A stretch of DNA of 64,000 bases from Candidatus Dojkabacteria bacterium (lineage in GTDB: Bacteria; Patescibacteriota; Dojkabacteria; B142; OLB20): the NCBI GenBank assembly GCA_030583785.1, contig CP129475.1:1106209-1170208 (forward strand), written 5' to 3'. A model generated the notes under the pieces. The model was not told the origin of the DNA. It saw nothing but the letters and a program-made list of their open reading frames with translations, and searched no databases. Each line of letters starts with the position of its first letter. Position 1 is the first letter of the stretch. A program made the position numbers and the translations under genes. Positions 20,193-29,613 of the stretch are shown here, piece after piece.

Positions 20193-20698
20193 ACATTAAA
20201 AAGGTATTATTCGCAGGTAAATTTTTGCCATATATATATTTGTTCGCCTCGGCGTTAGGATTATTGATTTTGGCTCTAATTTATATTAATGGTTCTTCTC
20301 AACCAACTGAAATTACTGGAAATCGAGATGCAGATGGTCAAAGACTGAGCCTTGACCAGGAAAATAAAAATCTTACATCAGAGACTGTCACTACATTTAA
20401 TTTTACGACTAATGGAGAACTAACTGATGCCAAGGCAACTTTAGTTAGTTTAGATGAACAAGTGGAATTGATTCTTGATCTAGGATCAAACAGCGAGGTA
20501 GATGGGTATTCTCTAGCTTTGCATCACGGTAGTTGCCAAGACTTGAACGAACAAAAAATAAGTTTGGGGGAGTTAGATAATTCTGGAAAGAGTATCGAGA
20601 TTACCACAGAAGTTAAAGACTTTATTCAAGAGAGTAGGCCACTTGTGATCAAGAACTTAGATGGTGAAGTTCTCTTTTGCACCAATATAAAGCTATGA
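20183..20698 (+). CDS. exported/membrane-anchored hypothetical protein
   Basis: 171 aa with an N-terminal TM helix. It overlaps its neighbours by a few nt. Confidence 0.35.
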   Translation: MGLNIKKVLFAGKFLPYIYLFASALGLLILALIYINGSSQPTEITGNRDADGQRLSLDQENKNLTSETVTTFNFTTNGELTDAKATLVSLDEQVELILDLGSNSEVDGYSLALHHGSCQDLNEQKISLGELDNSGKSIEITTEVKDFIQESRPLVIKNLDGEVLFCTNIKL

Positions 20699-21696
20699 AG
20701 ATTGCAATTTTCGAAGCAGAACAAGAGTATGTTTCGACATATGAATCTTCTTTCCCTGATCATGATCTAGTCTGTTTTAACGAGCCGCTTCGTGAACATA
20801 ATCTGGAACTAGCAAGAGATGCAGAAATGCTATCTGTCTTTGTTGGCTCGATTCTATCTGCCGAGGTTGTGGCTGCTCTACCGAAACTAAGATTTATTGC
20901 AACAAGATCAACTGGATATAATCATATCGATCTTGACGCCTGCAGCAAAAACGGAGTAAAGGTCCTGAATGTCCCGTCTTACGGCGAGAAAACTGTTGCG
21001 GAGCATACTTTCGCATTGCTTCTGGCAGTATCTCGGAATATTCACAGATCATATCTGCGAGTTCAATCCGGCAATTTTGCGGTTAAAGATCTGGTAGGAT
21101 TTGAACTCGCAGACAAAACAATTGGTATTATTGGCACCGGCAGTATTGGTATAAATGTCATTAAAATTGCCAAAGGTTTCGATATGAGGGTCTTGGCTTA
21201 TTCCAGAACGAAAAAGCCAGAACTAGAAAAATTGTATGCAGTGGAGTATTGTCAAAATATCGAGGAATTACTCGCAAGATCAGATGTAATCTCTTTACAT
21301 GTTCCATATACAAAAGATACGCATCATCTAATAGGTTCTCATAACAGCAGGTTTATAAAGAAGGGGGCAGTTATAATCAATACCTCTCGAGGAGAACTTA
21401 TTGATACAGACGAACTTTATCAACTGCTGAAGAACCAAGTCATTAGCGGTGCCGGGCTTGATGTTATTGAAGGAGAAGAGCATATTTCCGAAGATTTTGA
21501 GCTAATCAGCAGTAATAAGAATCCGGAGTTAATAAGGCAAATATACCGTGATCGTGAAATTTTTAAGATGGACAATGTTGTTTACACTCCACATAGTGGT
21601 TTTAATAGCAAAGAGGCATTAGACAGGTTAATCAAGAATTCAATCAGTAATATGAAATTTGTAATTGCAGGAAATCTAAGTAATCTAGTAAATTGA
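20677..21696 (+). CDS. D-isomer-specific 2-hydroxyacid dehydrogenase (D-lactate/phosphoglycerate dehydrogenase-like)
   Basis: 339 aa with Rossmann motif 'GIIGTGSIGINV' and a catalytic Arg/Glu/His arrangement ('SRGELIDTDEL', 'TPHSG'). Confidence 0.75.
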   Translation: MHQYKAMKIAIFEAEQEYVSTYESSFPDHDLVCFNEPLREHNLELARDAEMLSVFVGSILSAEVVAALPKLRFIATRSTGYNHIDLDACSKNGVKVLNVPSYGEKTVAEHTFALLLAVSRNIHRSYLRVQSGNFAVKDLVGFELADKTIGIIGTGSIGINVIKIAKGFDMRVLAYSRTKKPELEKLYAVEYCQNIEELLARSDVISLHVPYTKDTHHLIGSHNSRFIKKGAVIINTSRGELIDTDELYQLLKNQVISGAGLDVIEGEEHISEDFELISSNKNPELIRQIYRDREIFKMDNVVYTPHSGFNSKEALDRLIKNSISNMKFVIAGNLSNLVN

Positions 21697-21717
21697 TTAA
21701 GATATAACGAAATTTAC

Positions 21718-22080
21718 ATGCTTGGTGAACTGGAACAAAAAATAATGAATGTAATCTGGGCTTCTAATTGTCCCTTAAAGCCTGCACAAGTTCAAAGCGC
21801 CTTGTGTTGCGATTTGGCATATACCACTGTTATGACGGTTATGAAAAGACTTACCGATAAAGGTTTGTTAACAAGAGAAAAAAAAGGAAATACATATTAT
21901 TACTTTGGTACAACCGCCAAAACAGACTACGCAAAAAACCACTTAAGAAAACTTTTCGATTCTTTAGTAGATTCTTATGGAAATGTTGCAATATCAGAAT
22001 TTGTCGGATCTTTGAAAGATAATCCTAAAGATATACAGAAGCTTGTTGACTATTTAAACAATCAAGATGATCAATCATAA
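21718..22080 (+). CDS. BlaI/MecI/CopY-family winged-helix transcriptional repressor
   Basis: 120 aa. 'LGELEQKIMNVIW...YTTVMTVMKRLTDKGLLTREKKGNTYYY' is a penicillinase-repressor family signature. Confidence 0.7.
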   Translation: MLGELEQKIMNVIWASNCPLKPAQVQSALCCDLAYTTVMTVMKRLTDKGLLTREKKGNTYYYFGTTAKTDYAKNHLRKLFDSLVDSYGNVAISEFVGSLKDNPKDIQKLVDYLNNQDDQS

Positions 22081-22912
22081 ACGACTGGGCGACCTTCTCT
22101 TTTTTTGCGTTTCGTTTGTTGCGCTTGTACAGGTTGCGTTATTGGCGATGCTTTCTGATGTCGTAATTTCTTTTATTGAATCAAAAATAAGATTTTGTTA
22201 TGCAATTATCAGTGGAGTTGTAAGGTTTGATCCAGCAGTATTCACAGTTGATTTCATGATTATGGTTACCTATCTCCTAATTTGGATAGCTTTATTACTA
22301 AAACTGGGTTCAAAGCTTTTGGCCGTTTCTTTTAAAATCATAACTTCACACAGGTATATTAAAAGTCTTGTCGTAAAGACTAGACAAGATATAAGGTTGA
22401 TCATTAATCGAAAAGATCTTGTATTCACCGCAGGATTCTTATCCCCTCAGGTGTTTGTAAGTTCAAACATCAGATCTAGATTAGAAGCTAATGAATACAA
22501 AGCTGTAATTGAGCATGAGTTTTTCCATGCCCGTAATTATCATCCACTAAAAAAATTACTTCTTGAATTGTTCTTGTTTAGTTTTCCCCGCTTTATTGCT
22601 AGTAGAATTATGAAATCATATGAGGAGTTAACCGAAATTGCAGCGGATGATTATGCCAGAAAACGAGGGGCAACAAATAAAGAAATCGCAAGTGCATTAG
22701 TAAAACTTTGGGAAATAGACGAACACATGGGATATTATGCTGTTTCATTTTTGCAAATTCGTTCAAGAATTGGCACTATTACAGGTGCTAAAGAGAGTGT
22801 CTTTAAGTATTCCTTTTTGTTATTACTGATTTCATCATTTTTATTATTCCTAATGATTACATTTATTAACGGTCAAGAGCTTTTGTTATCTTGTAAAATT
22901 GCGTATTATTAA
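22067..22912 (+). CDS. BlaR1-like M56 family membrane metalloprotease (signal transducer, no obvious sensor domain)
   Basis: 281 aa polytopic protein with HExxH ('IEHEFFHARNYH'). It overlaps the blaI-like gene by 14 nt. Confidence 0.6.
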   Translation: MINHKRLGDLLFFCVSFVALVQVALLAMLSDVVISFIESKIRFCYAIISGVVRFDPAVFTVDFMIMVTYLLIWIALLLKLGSKLLAVSFKIITSHRYIKSLVVKTRQDIRLIINRKDLVFTAGFLSPQVFVSSNIRSRLEANEYKAVIEHEFFHARNYHPLKKLLLELFLFSFPRFIASRIMKSYEELTEIAADDYARKRGATNKEIASALVKLWEIDEHMGYYAVSFLQIRSRIGTITGAKESVFKYSFLLLLISSFLLFLMITFINGQELLLSCKIAYY

Positions 22913-22997
22913 TCTGCACTCTTGAGCTTTTTCTGCTTGACACTGTCAATTTAATCTACTACATTTGTAGGAGTATATTATTTTAATTTAAATAAAT

Positions 22998-23825
22998 ATG
23001 TCTAATAAGCATAATAAAAAAGCAGACACAGGTTCTCCTGTGAATGTTACAGAAGAATCTGTAGATATCGAACTTCAACAGTTTCTTATTCCCATTTCGA
23101 TCATTATTAGTGGAGTTCTTATTGCAGCTTCGGTTTTCTTTAGTGTCAGGGGCTTGACCGGAGGAGCGGTCACTAATACAAATACAAATCCTTCACCGAC
23201 AGCAGCTGTTCTAGGTGAACCAGACGAGAATGGTTTTACCCCTGCAGTAGTTAACATTGCTGATGCACCTTTATTGGGTAATAGAGATTCGGCAAAAGTT
23301 GCAATCGTTGAATTTAGCGATTTTGAATGTCCATTCTGTCAAAGATTTCATAACGAAACCTTTGATCAAATTATTCAAGAGTATGTCGATACAGGAAAAG
23401 CGATCTTTGTTTACAGAGATTTCCCATTAAGTTTTCATAATCCTGAAGCAACCAATGCATCCTTGGCAGCAAGATGTGTATTCGAACAAGCAGGCAATAA
23501 CGGCTTCTTCAAATTTACTTCAGAATACTATGCTAGAACTCTAAGTAATAAAGCAGGTCTGCCAGAAGGAACAACTCTTGCAAGTCTTGCTGGCTCTATT
23601 GAAGGTGTAAATGTGGATAGTTTCAATTCTTGCTATAGCGAAAAGAGATACGAAGGAAAAATTGCTACAGATATTGCAGACGGTTCAGCAGCAGGAATAA
23701 CAGGAACCCCTGGTTTTATTATAGGAGTCCTAGACTCTAATGGAAATGTAGAAGGACTTAATGTCCCTGGAGCACAGCCATTTGATGTTTTCAAACAAGT
23801 TATTGATGAGCAATTAGCTAGATAG
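22998..23825 (+). CDS. DsbA-family thiol:disulfide oxidoreductase (membrane-anchored, extracytoplasmic)
   Basis: 275 aa with an N-terminal TM and the thioredoxin active site 'CPFC' within 'EFSDFECPFCQRFH'. Confidence 0.7.
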   Translation: MSNKHNKKADTGSPVNVTEESVDIELQQFLIPISIIISGVLIAASVFFSVRGLTGGAVTNTNTNPSPTAAVLGEPDENGFTPAVVNIADAPLLGNRDSAKVAIVEFSDFECPFCQRFHNETFDQIIQEYVDTGKAIFVYRDFPLSFHNPEATNASLAARCVFEQAGNNGFFKFTSEYYARTLSNKAGLPEGTTLASLAGSIEGVNVDSFNSCYSEKRYEGKIATDIADGSAAGITGTPGFIIGVLDSNGNVEGLNVPGAQPFDVFKQVIDEQLAR

Positions 23826-23843
23826 TAATAGATCAAACTTTTA

Positions 23844-23877
23844 AGAGTGCCGCGCAAGCGGCACTCTTTAGTTCTTG
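23844..23877 (+). terminator. rho-independent terminator-like hairpin after dsbA-like gene
   Basis: Stem AAGAGTGCCGC / GCGGCACTCTT with GCAA loop, followed by TAGTTCTT. Confidence 0.5.
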
Positions 23878-23954
23878 ACAAGAAACGATAATTTTTTGTA
23901 TATTCTTAGCAGTCTAGATATTAGACTGCTAATTTACTTATTACATTATCTGTT

Positions 23955-24377
23955 ATGAGAAAAAAAGCAATAACATTGTTTGACCCGTCAAGAATATTTA
24001 GCGACGATTTCATGGACGCCTTTTTTGGCAATACAGGTCTTGATTTTCAATACACTAATGAACTTGAAATGTTCGAAGATGAAGATAAGGTTGTTGTTAA
24101 ACTAAAAGCTCCAGGTTATAAAAGAGAGAATGTAGAAATTACAATAGAAGATAATGTCCTTTCCATTTCGGGAACAGCAGAAGAAGTGGTAGAAGAAGAA
24201 GAGAAAAAGAAGAAATATTACTATAAAGAAATGAAGCATGGATCGTTTAACAGGTCAGTTCGTCTTCCTGTTAGAGTTAAGGCAGATGGTGCTAAGGCAG
24301 AGTTCAAAGATGGTATAATCGAGATCCATATGCCTAAGGCAGAAGATGTAAAGCCCAAAAAGATTACTATAGAATAA
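23955..24377 (+). CDS. Hsp20/alpha-crystallin family small heat-shock protein
   Basis: 140 aa. The ACD core and the C-terminus 'GIIEIHMPKA' are typical of Hsp20. Confidence 0.8.
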   Translation: MRKKAITLFDPSRIFSDDFMDAFFGNTGLDFQYTNELEMFEDEDKVVVKLKAPGYKRENVEITIEDNVLSISGTAEEVVEEEEKKKKYYYKEMKHGSFNRSVRLPVRVKADGAKAEFKDGIIEIHMPKAEDVKPKKITIE

Positions 24378-24390
24378 TTTAGTCAGATAT

Positions 24391-24411
24391 GCGCCACACT
24401 TCGTGTGGCGC
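24391..24411 (+). terminator. GC-rich hairpin between hsp20 and rsmI
   Basis: GCGCCACAC-TTC-GTGTGGCGC perfect inverted repeat followed by an A-run. It may act bidirectionally. Confidence 0.4.
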
Positions 24412-25101
24412 AAAATTATGAAACACCCACTTGCAGTTCTTGCCGTTCCCATAGGAAACCTTGAAGATATTAGCAAAAGAGCAATAAGCTATTTGGCAGA
24501 TGCTGATTATATTTTTGCAGAAGATACGCGTCGAACCAAAAAGCTAATCGAACTTCTCAAAATTTCGACAAATGCTTCAATTAAATCGTATCGGGAACAA
24601 AACCACGATATTGCAGCACCTTTAATAAAAAAATGTATTGACTCTGGTGCCAAGGTAGTATTAGTTAGCGATAGTGGTACACCTGCCATATCAGATCCTG
24701 GGTATCTTCTAATCGAAGATTTGCGTCAGCACGGTTACGAAGTTATTGCTGTACCTGGACCAAGCTCAGTTATTGCGGCACTAAGTATTGCAGGGATATC
24801 AACAGAAAAATTTCTTTTTTTAGGATTCTTTCCCAAGAAAGGCAATAAAAGGTTTGAAGAATTAGACCAAGCAAGGCAAATTCGTGCCACATGGGTTCTG
24901 CTTGAATCTCCACAAAGAATAACAAAAACACTTAAGATTTTGGCAGACAGATATGGAGATTCTCTTAAAGTTGCCGCAATAAAAGAGATCAGTAAACTCC
25001 ACGAAAGAACATTCTACGGGAACATTAGCGAGGTGTATGCGCAAGTATGCAAATCAAACACAAAGGGTGAATGGGTGTTAGTAGGACGATTTGTTGAATA
25101 A
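24403..25101 (+). CDS. rsmI: 16S rRNA (cytidine1402-2'-O)-methyltransferase
   Basis: 232 aa tetrapyrrole-methylase fold. 'LAVLAVPIGNLEDIS...ADYIFAEDTRRTKKLIELL' matches RsmI. Confidence 0.75.
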   Translation: MWRKIMKHPLAVLAVPIGNLEDISKRAISYLADADYIFAEDTRRTKKLIELLKISTNASIKSYREQNHDIAAPLIKKCIDSGAKVVLVSDSGTPAISDPGYLLIEDLRQHGYEVIAVPGPSSVIAALSIAGISTEKFLFLGFFPKKGNKRFEELDQARQIRATWVLLESPQRITKTLKILADRYGDSLKVAAIKEISKLHERTFYGNISEVYAQVCKSNTKGEWVLVGRFVE

Positions 25102-25118
25102 GGAAGTTTGCTTAGAAA

Positions 25119-25370
25119 CTAGTCAACAAGTTCTGCGCCGGCAAACTTGCCTTTGTTGCGAAGTGTTTTGTAGGCCTTCATGGATACAGTAATTACTTGA
25201 ACTTTGCCATCCATATTTACCTTTACTTTTCTAAGGTTTGGCTTCCAAGTTCGTTTTACCTTTTGGGAACGATATGACCAAGCTCCTCCTCCTCCGGAAG
25301 AACCTCTTCTGTGTTTTTTGTGATTGCCGGTAGATGTTCTTCTGCCGGTAAGGTCGCAAACTCGTGCCAT
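25119..25370 (-). CDS. rpmB: 50S ribosomal protein L28 (bL28)
   Basis: 'MARVCDLTGRR..GNHKKH...KRTWKPNLRKVKV' matches the bL28 consensus. Start is assigned to the internal Met (MARV), not the 122-aa upstream extension. It carries a Gly-rich insertion. Confidence 0.8.
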   Translation of the reverse strand: MARVCDLTGRRTSTGNHKKHRRGSSGGGGAWSYRSQKVKRTWKPNLRKVKVNMDGKVQVITVSMKAYKTLRNKGKFAGAELVD

Positions 25371-25490
25371 GATTAGAAAAGTCTTAGTACTTGGTAATAA
25401 TACAACATACCGGCGCTTTTTGTCAAAAGTAATTATTTGCTCAATTATATAACAATTAGATATAATCCGTGGTATTGTTAAAAACACTTA

Positions 25491-26963
25491 ATGGCATTAA
25501 GTCCAGATAATCCAGTAGTAGGTTACGACAGCGAAGGAAACAGGATTGAGAATAGCTTAAATAGTTTGCCTTTTAACTCAGCTCTTCTAACTACAGGTGA
25601 TTTCTTTCTTTATTACCATTTAATCTCGTCAATCCGTAGAATTGATCCTCCTGCTCAAGAAGAGGTTGAGAGGATCAGACAATACCTGGAGATGGCAAGA
25701 TATCCGGAATGGGATCTTGGGCCTGCTAATCAAGGCAAACCCGAAGCTCTCGTACTCTTTCAAAACATAAATCATTGGGGTAAACACTTCGGGACAGAAA
25801 CACAGATAGTTAGAGGTTCTACTAGTGTCTTTAAAACTTCACTAGATGTTGAGTCTGAGGAGTATAGAGAAAGCATGTTTAGCCTAGTTGAATCAGCTTT
25901 CGCAGATTGTGGAGTATTACTTAGAGCAATTCTTAAGGATATAGATAATAATGTTCTGGATGCAGATAAAATGCTTGCGGCATTAATCGTTAAAGAAGAT
26001 ATGCTATATCACAAGTTCAGGACAGATAATGCTAACATGTTTGCTAGTTTACAAGGTTCCGATTTTGCCCAAGAGGATATTTTGCCGACAGACGATGACT
26101 TTACTAGAGAAAGAAAGATAGAGCTTAGGCTTCGGCAAATCGTTGCCGAGGCGGGTTACAACCCTCAGCATAGTGAACACAATACTATGCAGAGGGCGTT
26201 GACATCTTTTGCTAGACAAGCTTCAGAGCGATGGTCAGAAATGAATCCGGAACTTGCAGAGTTTGATGATTCACTTAGCGTTATTTTTTCTAAGGGAAGA
26301 TTTTACGCTTTTGCAGAGTTACTTGCCGGCGTGCCCGTCAGAGATGAGGATTATGTCCATTCTCTTATAACAATTCTTAGGCGCGAGAAGCTATACCAGC
26401 AGTTGTTCGGTCTATCTAATCTTGGCGATCCCGAGAACATCGATTATTTTCACGAAGACGCAGCTGGGCTTGGACTGGGACCTATAAACTACGGGTTACT
26501 AGAAGATGAAAATGGGTGGAATCGATTTCTTGAAATTTCACGAAAGCTTTTTGCAATAACACAGTTAAAAGACGAGGACTTGTTTGCGGTAGGTTCTTAC
26601 CTTCCAAGTGTAGGTGCGGGCTTAATAAAATATTCTGAAATGTCTGGAAGCTCTGTTAAGAACAATATTATTGCAGCGTTAATGCAACATTTGCTAATAA
26701 CCGAAATTGCAGCAATTAGGAGCAGCGACACAAATTCTACACATACAGAAACATTCAATAGCTATTGTCGTTTATTAGGAGTACCCACCCCAGAGGATAT
26801 TGGTATCGAAGAATTGCACGCCCAAAGTATACAAAAACTCTATGCAGAGAATACAAATTTTGGGATTGGTGATATAATTAGACAACTTCCTCGAGAAGTT
26901 TGTGAATATATTGGCAGGTATTGGTCATTTTTTAACTCAACATACCGAACCTGCAAAAGATAG
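25491..26963 (+). CDS. hypothetical protein (490 aa)
   Basis: Long ORF with backbone-like composition and no recognisable motif. Confidence 0.4.
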   Translation: MALSPDNPVVGYDSEGNRIENSLNSLPFNSALLTTGDFFLYYHLISSIRRIDPPAQEEVERIRQYLEMARYPEWDLGPANQGKPEALVLFQNINHWGKHFGTETQIVRGSTSVFKTSLDVESEEYRESMFSLVESAFADCGVLLRAILKDIDNNVLDADKMLAALIVKEDMLYHKFRTDNANMFASLQGSDFAQEDILPTDDDFTRERKIELRLRQIVAEAGYNPQHSEHNTMQRALTSFARQASERWSEMNPELAEFDDSLSVIFSKGRFYAFAELLAGVPVRDEDYVHSLITILRREKLYQQLFGLSNLGDPENIDYFHEDAAGLGLGPINYGLLEDENGWNRFLEISRKLFAITQLKDEDLFAVGSYLPSVGAGLIKYSEMSGSSVKNNIIAALMQHLLITEIAAIRSSDTNSTHTETFNSYCRLLGVPTPEDIGIEELHAQSIQKLYAENTNFGIGDIIRQLPREVCEYIGRYWSFFNSTYRTCKR

Positions 26964-26980
26964 TTATTAATTACTCAGAA

Positions 26981-27184
26981 ATGGAACCAACAACACCAGA
27001 TTATTTTAAAGTTCTGGGTAACTATGGTCTAAATTGGTCTCAGCCCATAAATCCTTCTGATCCTCTTCCTAGCCACATGGATCGATCAAGTAGAGATGGT
27101 GGCTCACACAGACCTCTATTGAGTGAACAGCAAAAGGCACCAACTGAATCTGTTGCTATTCCGGAATACATTCCCGAACCATAA
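26981..27184 (+). CDS. small hypothetical protein
   Basis: 67 aa, Pro/Ser-rich. Uncertain. Confidence 0.2.
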   Translation: MEPTTPDYFKVLGNYGLNWSQPINPSDPLPSHMDRSSRDGGSHRPLLSEQQKAPTESVAIPEYIPEP

Positions 27185-27252
27185 TTCCTGTTACGGGTCG
27201 TTTTTATTTACTCCTCTCCCTGTTATAATTACATCTCAGAAGTGTTTTCTGC

Positions 27253-27326
27253 TGCCGGGTCGTCTAAAGGTAGGACTTTGGTTTCTGGCACCAAAAATCG
27301 GGGTTCGAATCCCTGCCCGGCAACCA
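27253..27326 (+). tRNA. tRNA-Gln (anticodon CTG), CCA encoded
   Basis: Acceptor TGCCGGG/CCCGGCA with U1-A72, D-stem GTCT/GGAC, anticodon stem TTGGT/ACCAA with loop TTCTGGC, T-arm CGGGG-TTCGAAT-CCCTG, then discriminator A and CCA. Confidence 0.75.
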
Positions 27327-28784
27327 AGTTGTACTCCCTGTATGGTCAACTATACAGTCGAATGGTTCGAGCCATGTAAATTCAATCTTTTTGTTCTTCA
27401 AAATAAAGTTCGAGCCGACCGAAATTAGTACCTCTTTTCTGTCATAGTGATCTCCAGTTGTGAATACTAAATGTGCCATTCTAGCTACAATAATCATACG
27501 CTCATACTGTTCGAGCCATCTATTTCCTGCCTTTTCGCATTCCTTTAGAGTCTGTTTTGCATTTTGAGACTCCATTACAAGTTGCCCTATTTGCAAATCC
27601 AAATCTTCTTTAGGTATTATTCCATCTGAGTAAAGATCCAATAACCTAGATTTTTTTAATTCAATCTTCTTAACTTCATTATTCCAAAAATCAAGACTTC
27701 CTATATATGCATCTGTTTCTATTTTGTTTCTCTCTTTTAAGCCAGCCAAAATAGCCTTTTGAACATCTTCATCAATGGAAATCCTTTTGAGCTGTGTCTC
27801 TATTTGTTCATTGAGCAATTCTTCTCGTATATATTTTTGAGAGCAAGTTCCTTTTTTCTTCGTGCATCGATAGTAAGTATGTCCTTTTTTTATCTCAGAT
27901 GTTATTGAACAACCACATTCGCCACAGTGAAATAGACCATGATACATAGACATGCCCTTTTTTCTTTTTAACATTGATGGTTTTCCTTTCATTTTCATAA
28001 TTTTTTGTACCTGTAAAAATTTACCAATATTTACAATGGGCATGTGAGCACCCTCATATCTCTCCCCCCCATAGACCAATACTCCTGCATAAAATGGGTT
28101 TTTAAGAGTGTTTTGTATCATACTCTTAGATAACATATTACCACTTTTACTCCTTAGTCCCCATTTAAAAGATTCTTGCCTGATCTCAGTCATCGTGTAA
28201 TTGCCTGTGCCATACTCATAAAAAAGTTTTTGCACTAGATAAAACTTTTCAGGATCTGGAAGAATTTTTTTATCTCGATTTATGTATCCTAATAGTGCTT
28301 GTGTTGGCCATTCACCTTTTTTCAACTTTGTTTTTTGTCCTCTTTTGATATTTTGACTTAGACTGTCAACATAGTATTTAGATTGGCCAAACGCTAGACT
28401 TAAACTGAACTTACCTTGAGGAGAGTTATCGACCCAATAAGTTGGAAATTTTAAATCTCTAATAACACCTCTATCCATTAAATAAATAATCTTTCCACCA
28501 TCAATTGAATTTCTAGCCAACCTATCGGGGTGCCATGCAATAATACCACTTGCAACACCGCTTTCTAGTAATTCAATCATTTTATTAAAAACTTCGCGAC
28601 CAGGTTCCTTAGCAGTTTTAGATTCTATGAAAACTTCAACAACTGTAAGTTTATTACTCAACGCAAATTCCTTTGCTTCAGAAATTTGGGACTCTATTGA
28701 TTGGACTTGACGATTATCTTCGTCAGTTGATTTACGACAATAGATAAAATATCTTATATCTGTTGTGCCTATTGATTTATTCAT
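27264..28784 (-). CDS. large serine recombinase (integrase)
   Basis: 506 aa. The resolvase-type catalytic N-terminus 'YCRKSTDEDNRQVQSIESQ' has the serine nucleophile. It is followed by a recombinase domain and Cys-rich zinc-ribbon ('CGECGC...CTKKKGTC'). The last ~20 codons run antisense through the tRNA-Gln 3' half. Confidence 0.8.
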   Translation of the reverse strand: MNKSIGTTDIRYFIYCRKSTDEDNRQVQSIESQISEAKEFALSNKLTVVEVFIESKTAKEPGREVFNKMIELLESGVASGIIAWHPDRLARNSIDGGKIIYLMDRGVIRDLKFPTYWVDNSPQGKFSLSLAFGQSKYYVDSLSQNIKRGQKTKLKKGEWPTQALLGYINRDKKILPDPEKFYLVQKLFYEYGTGNYTMTEIRQESFKWGLRSKSGNMLSKSMIQNTLKNPFYAGVLVYGGERYEGAHMPIVNIGKFLQVQKIMKMKGKPSMLKRKKGMSMYHGLFHCGECGCSITSEIKKGHTYYRCTKKKGTCSQKYIREELLNEQIETQLKRISIDEDVQKAILAGLKERNKIETDAYIGSLDFWNNEVKKIELKKSRLLDLYSDGIIPKEDLDLQIGQLVMESQNAKQTLKECEKAGNRWLEQYERMIIVARMAHLVFTTGDHYDRKEVLISVGSNFILKNKKIEFTWLEPFDCIVDHTGSTTWLPGRDSNPDFWCQKPKSYL

Positions 28785-29427
28785 ATTTTTCTATTGCAAT
28801 CTTTCTAATTACTTTGCCAACGATTACAAAACTTGGGTCGTTTGTTTTAATTGGTTTGAAATCATCATTAGCAGGTCTTAATTCAACATAACCGCCTCTT
28901 TCATAATAATATTTAAGTGTTGCATTGTCGTTTATCTTTGCAACTACAATGTCGCCATTATTTATTGATGCATAAGGGTCGATGATCATAATATCACCAG
29001 GTAATATTCCTGCGTCCTTCATAGATAACCCATTAGCTCTTAAGCCAAATAGATCCTTCTTCTTTGATAGAGTTCCGTCATCGGGTAATGGTAGAAATTC
29101 GCCAGCATCTTCAATTGCTTCCTGAGGTGTACCGCAAGGGACTGAACCAAGTATAGGAATTCTTATCATTTCTAAAAAAATATTCTCTTCTTTAATTCCC
29201 ATATCCATTAATCTTGCTTTCCGCCTTATCTGAAGCATACTACCCCATGTAATTCCCAATGCTTTTGCATAATTTCTCAAGGTACTTTCGTCTGGTTCTG
29301 CGTATAACCCATTTTCAATTTGAGATACATATCCGTTCGTCTTCATTTTTAAAGCTTTTGCAACATCTACCTGAGACAAACCTTTTGATATTCGTATTTC
29401 CTTCAACAGAGATCCTATTGTGTACAT
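28777..29427 (-). CDS. LexA/CI-like repressor: XRE HTH + S24 self-cleaving peptidase domain
   Basis: 216 aa. N-terminal HTH 'LSQVDVAKALKMKTNGYVSQIENG'. The C-terminal 'GLSMKDAGILPGDIMIIDP' and '...VVAKIND' carry the S24 Ser/Lys dyad. Confidence 0.75.
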   Translation of the reverse strand: MYTIGSLLKEIRISKGLSQVDVAKALKMKTNGYVSQIENGLYAEPDESTLRNYAKALGITWGSMLQIRRKARLMDMGIKEENIFLEMIRIPILGSVPCGTPQEAIEDAGEFLPLPDDGTLSKKKDLFGLRANGLSMKDAGILPGDIMIIDPYASINNGDIVVAKINDNATLKYYYERGGYVELRPANDDFKPIKTNDPSFVIVGKVIRKIAIEKYE

Positions 29428-29464
29428 TCGATTTCAAATATAAGTTAATACATATATTTTATAC

Positions 29465-29488
29465 AGTCAACTGTATACTGTCAACTGT
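29465..29488. promoter_or_regulatory. two direct copies of GTCAACTGTA (14-bp centre-to-centre) embedded in ACAGT/ACTGT half-site symmetry; candidate operators
   Basis: TACAGTCAACTGTATACTGTCAACTGTACA lies in the divergent intergenic region between the CI-like and Cro-like genes. A TTGACA-N17/18-TATGAT promoter-like element sits at ~29574-29602. Confidence 0.4.
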
Positions 29489-29613
29489 ACAATTTAGAAT
29501 TTTACAAAGTGTTATATCCTACGGTTCTAACTTTGTTCAGCTCCCTCTCTCATCTGGTCAACTTTGTAAAATTTTTGACATGGGGTACCCAAGAAATATA
29601 TGATTAAGCATAT

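Noticed and set aside
25119-25487. 122-aa version of the rpmB ORF starting at 25487
   Set aside because: Homology to bL28 begins exactly at the internal Met (MARVCDLTG). The upstream 39 codons have no counterpart, so the start was moved to 25370.
29259-29603. 114-aa plus-strand ORF across the repressor gene and the operator region
   Set aside because: It overlaps the S24 repressor gene on the other strand and the promoter/operator DNA, with no SD and odd amino-acid composition.
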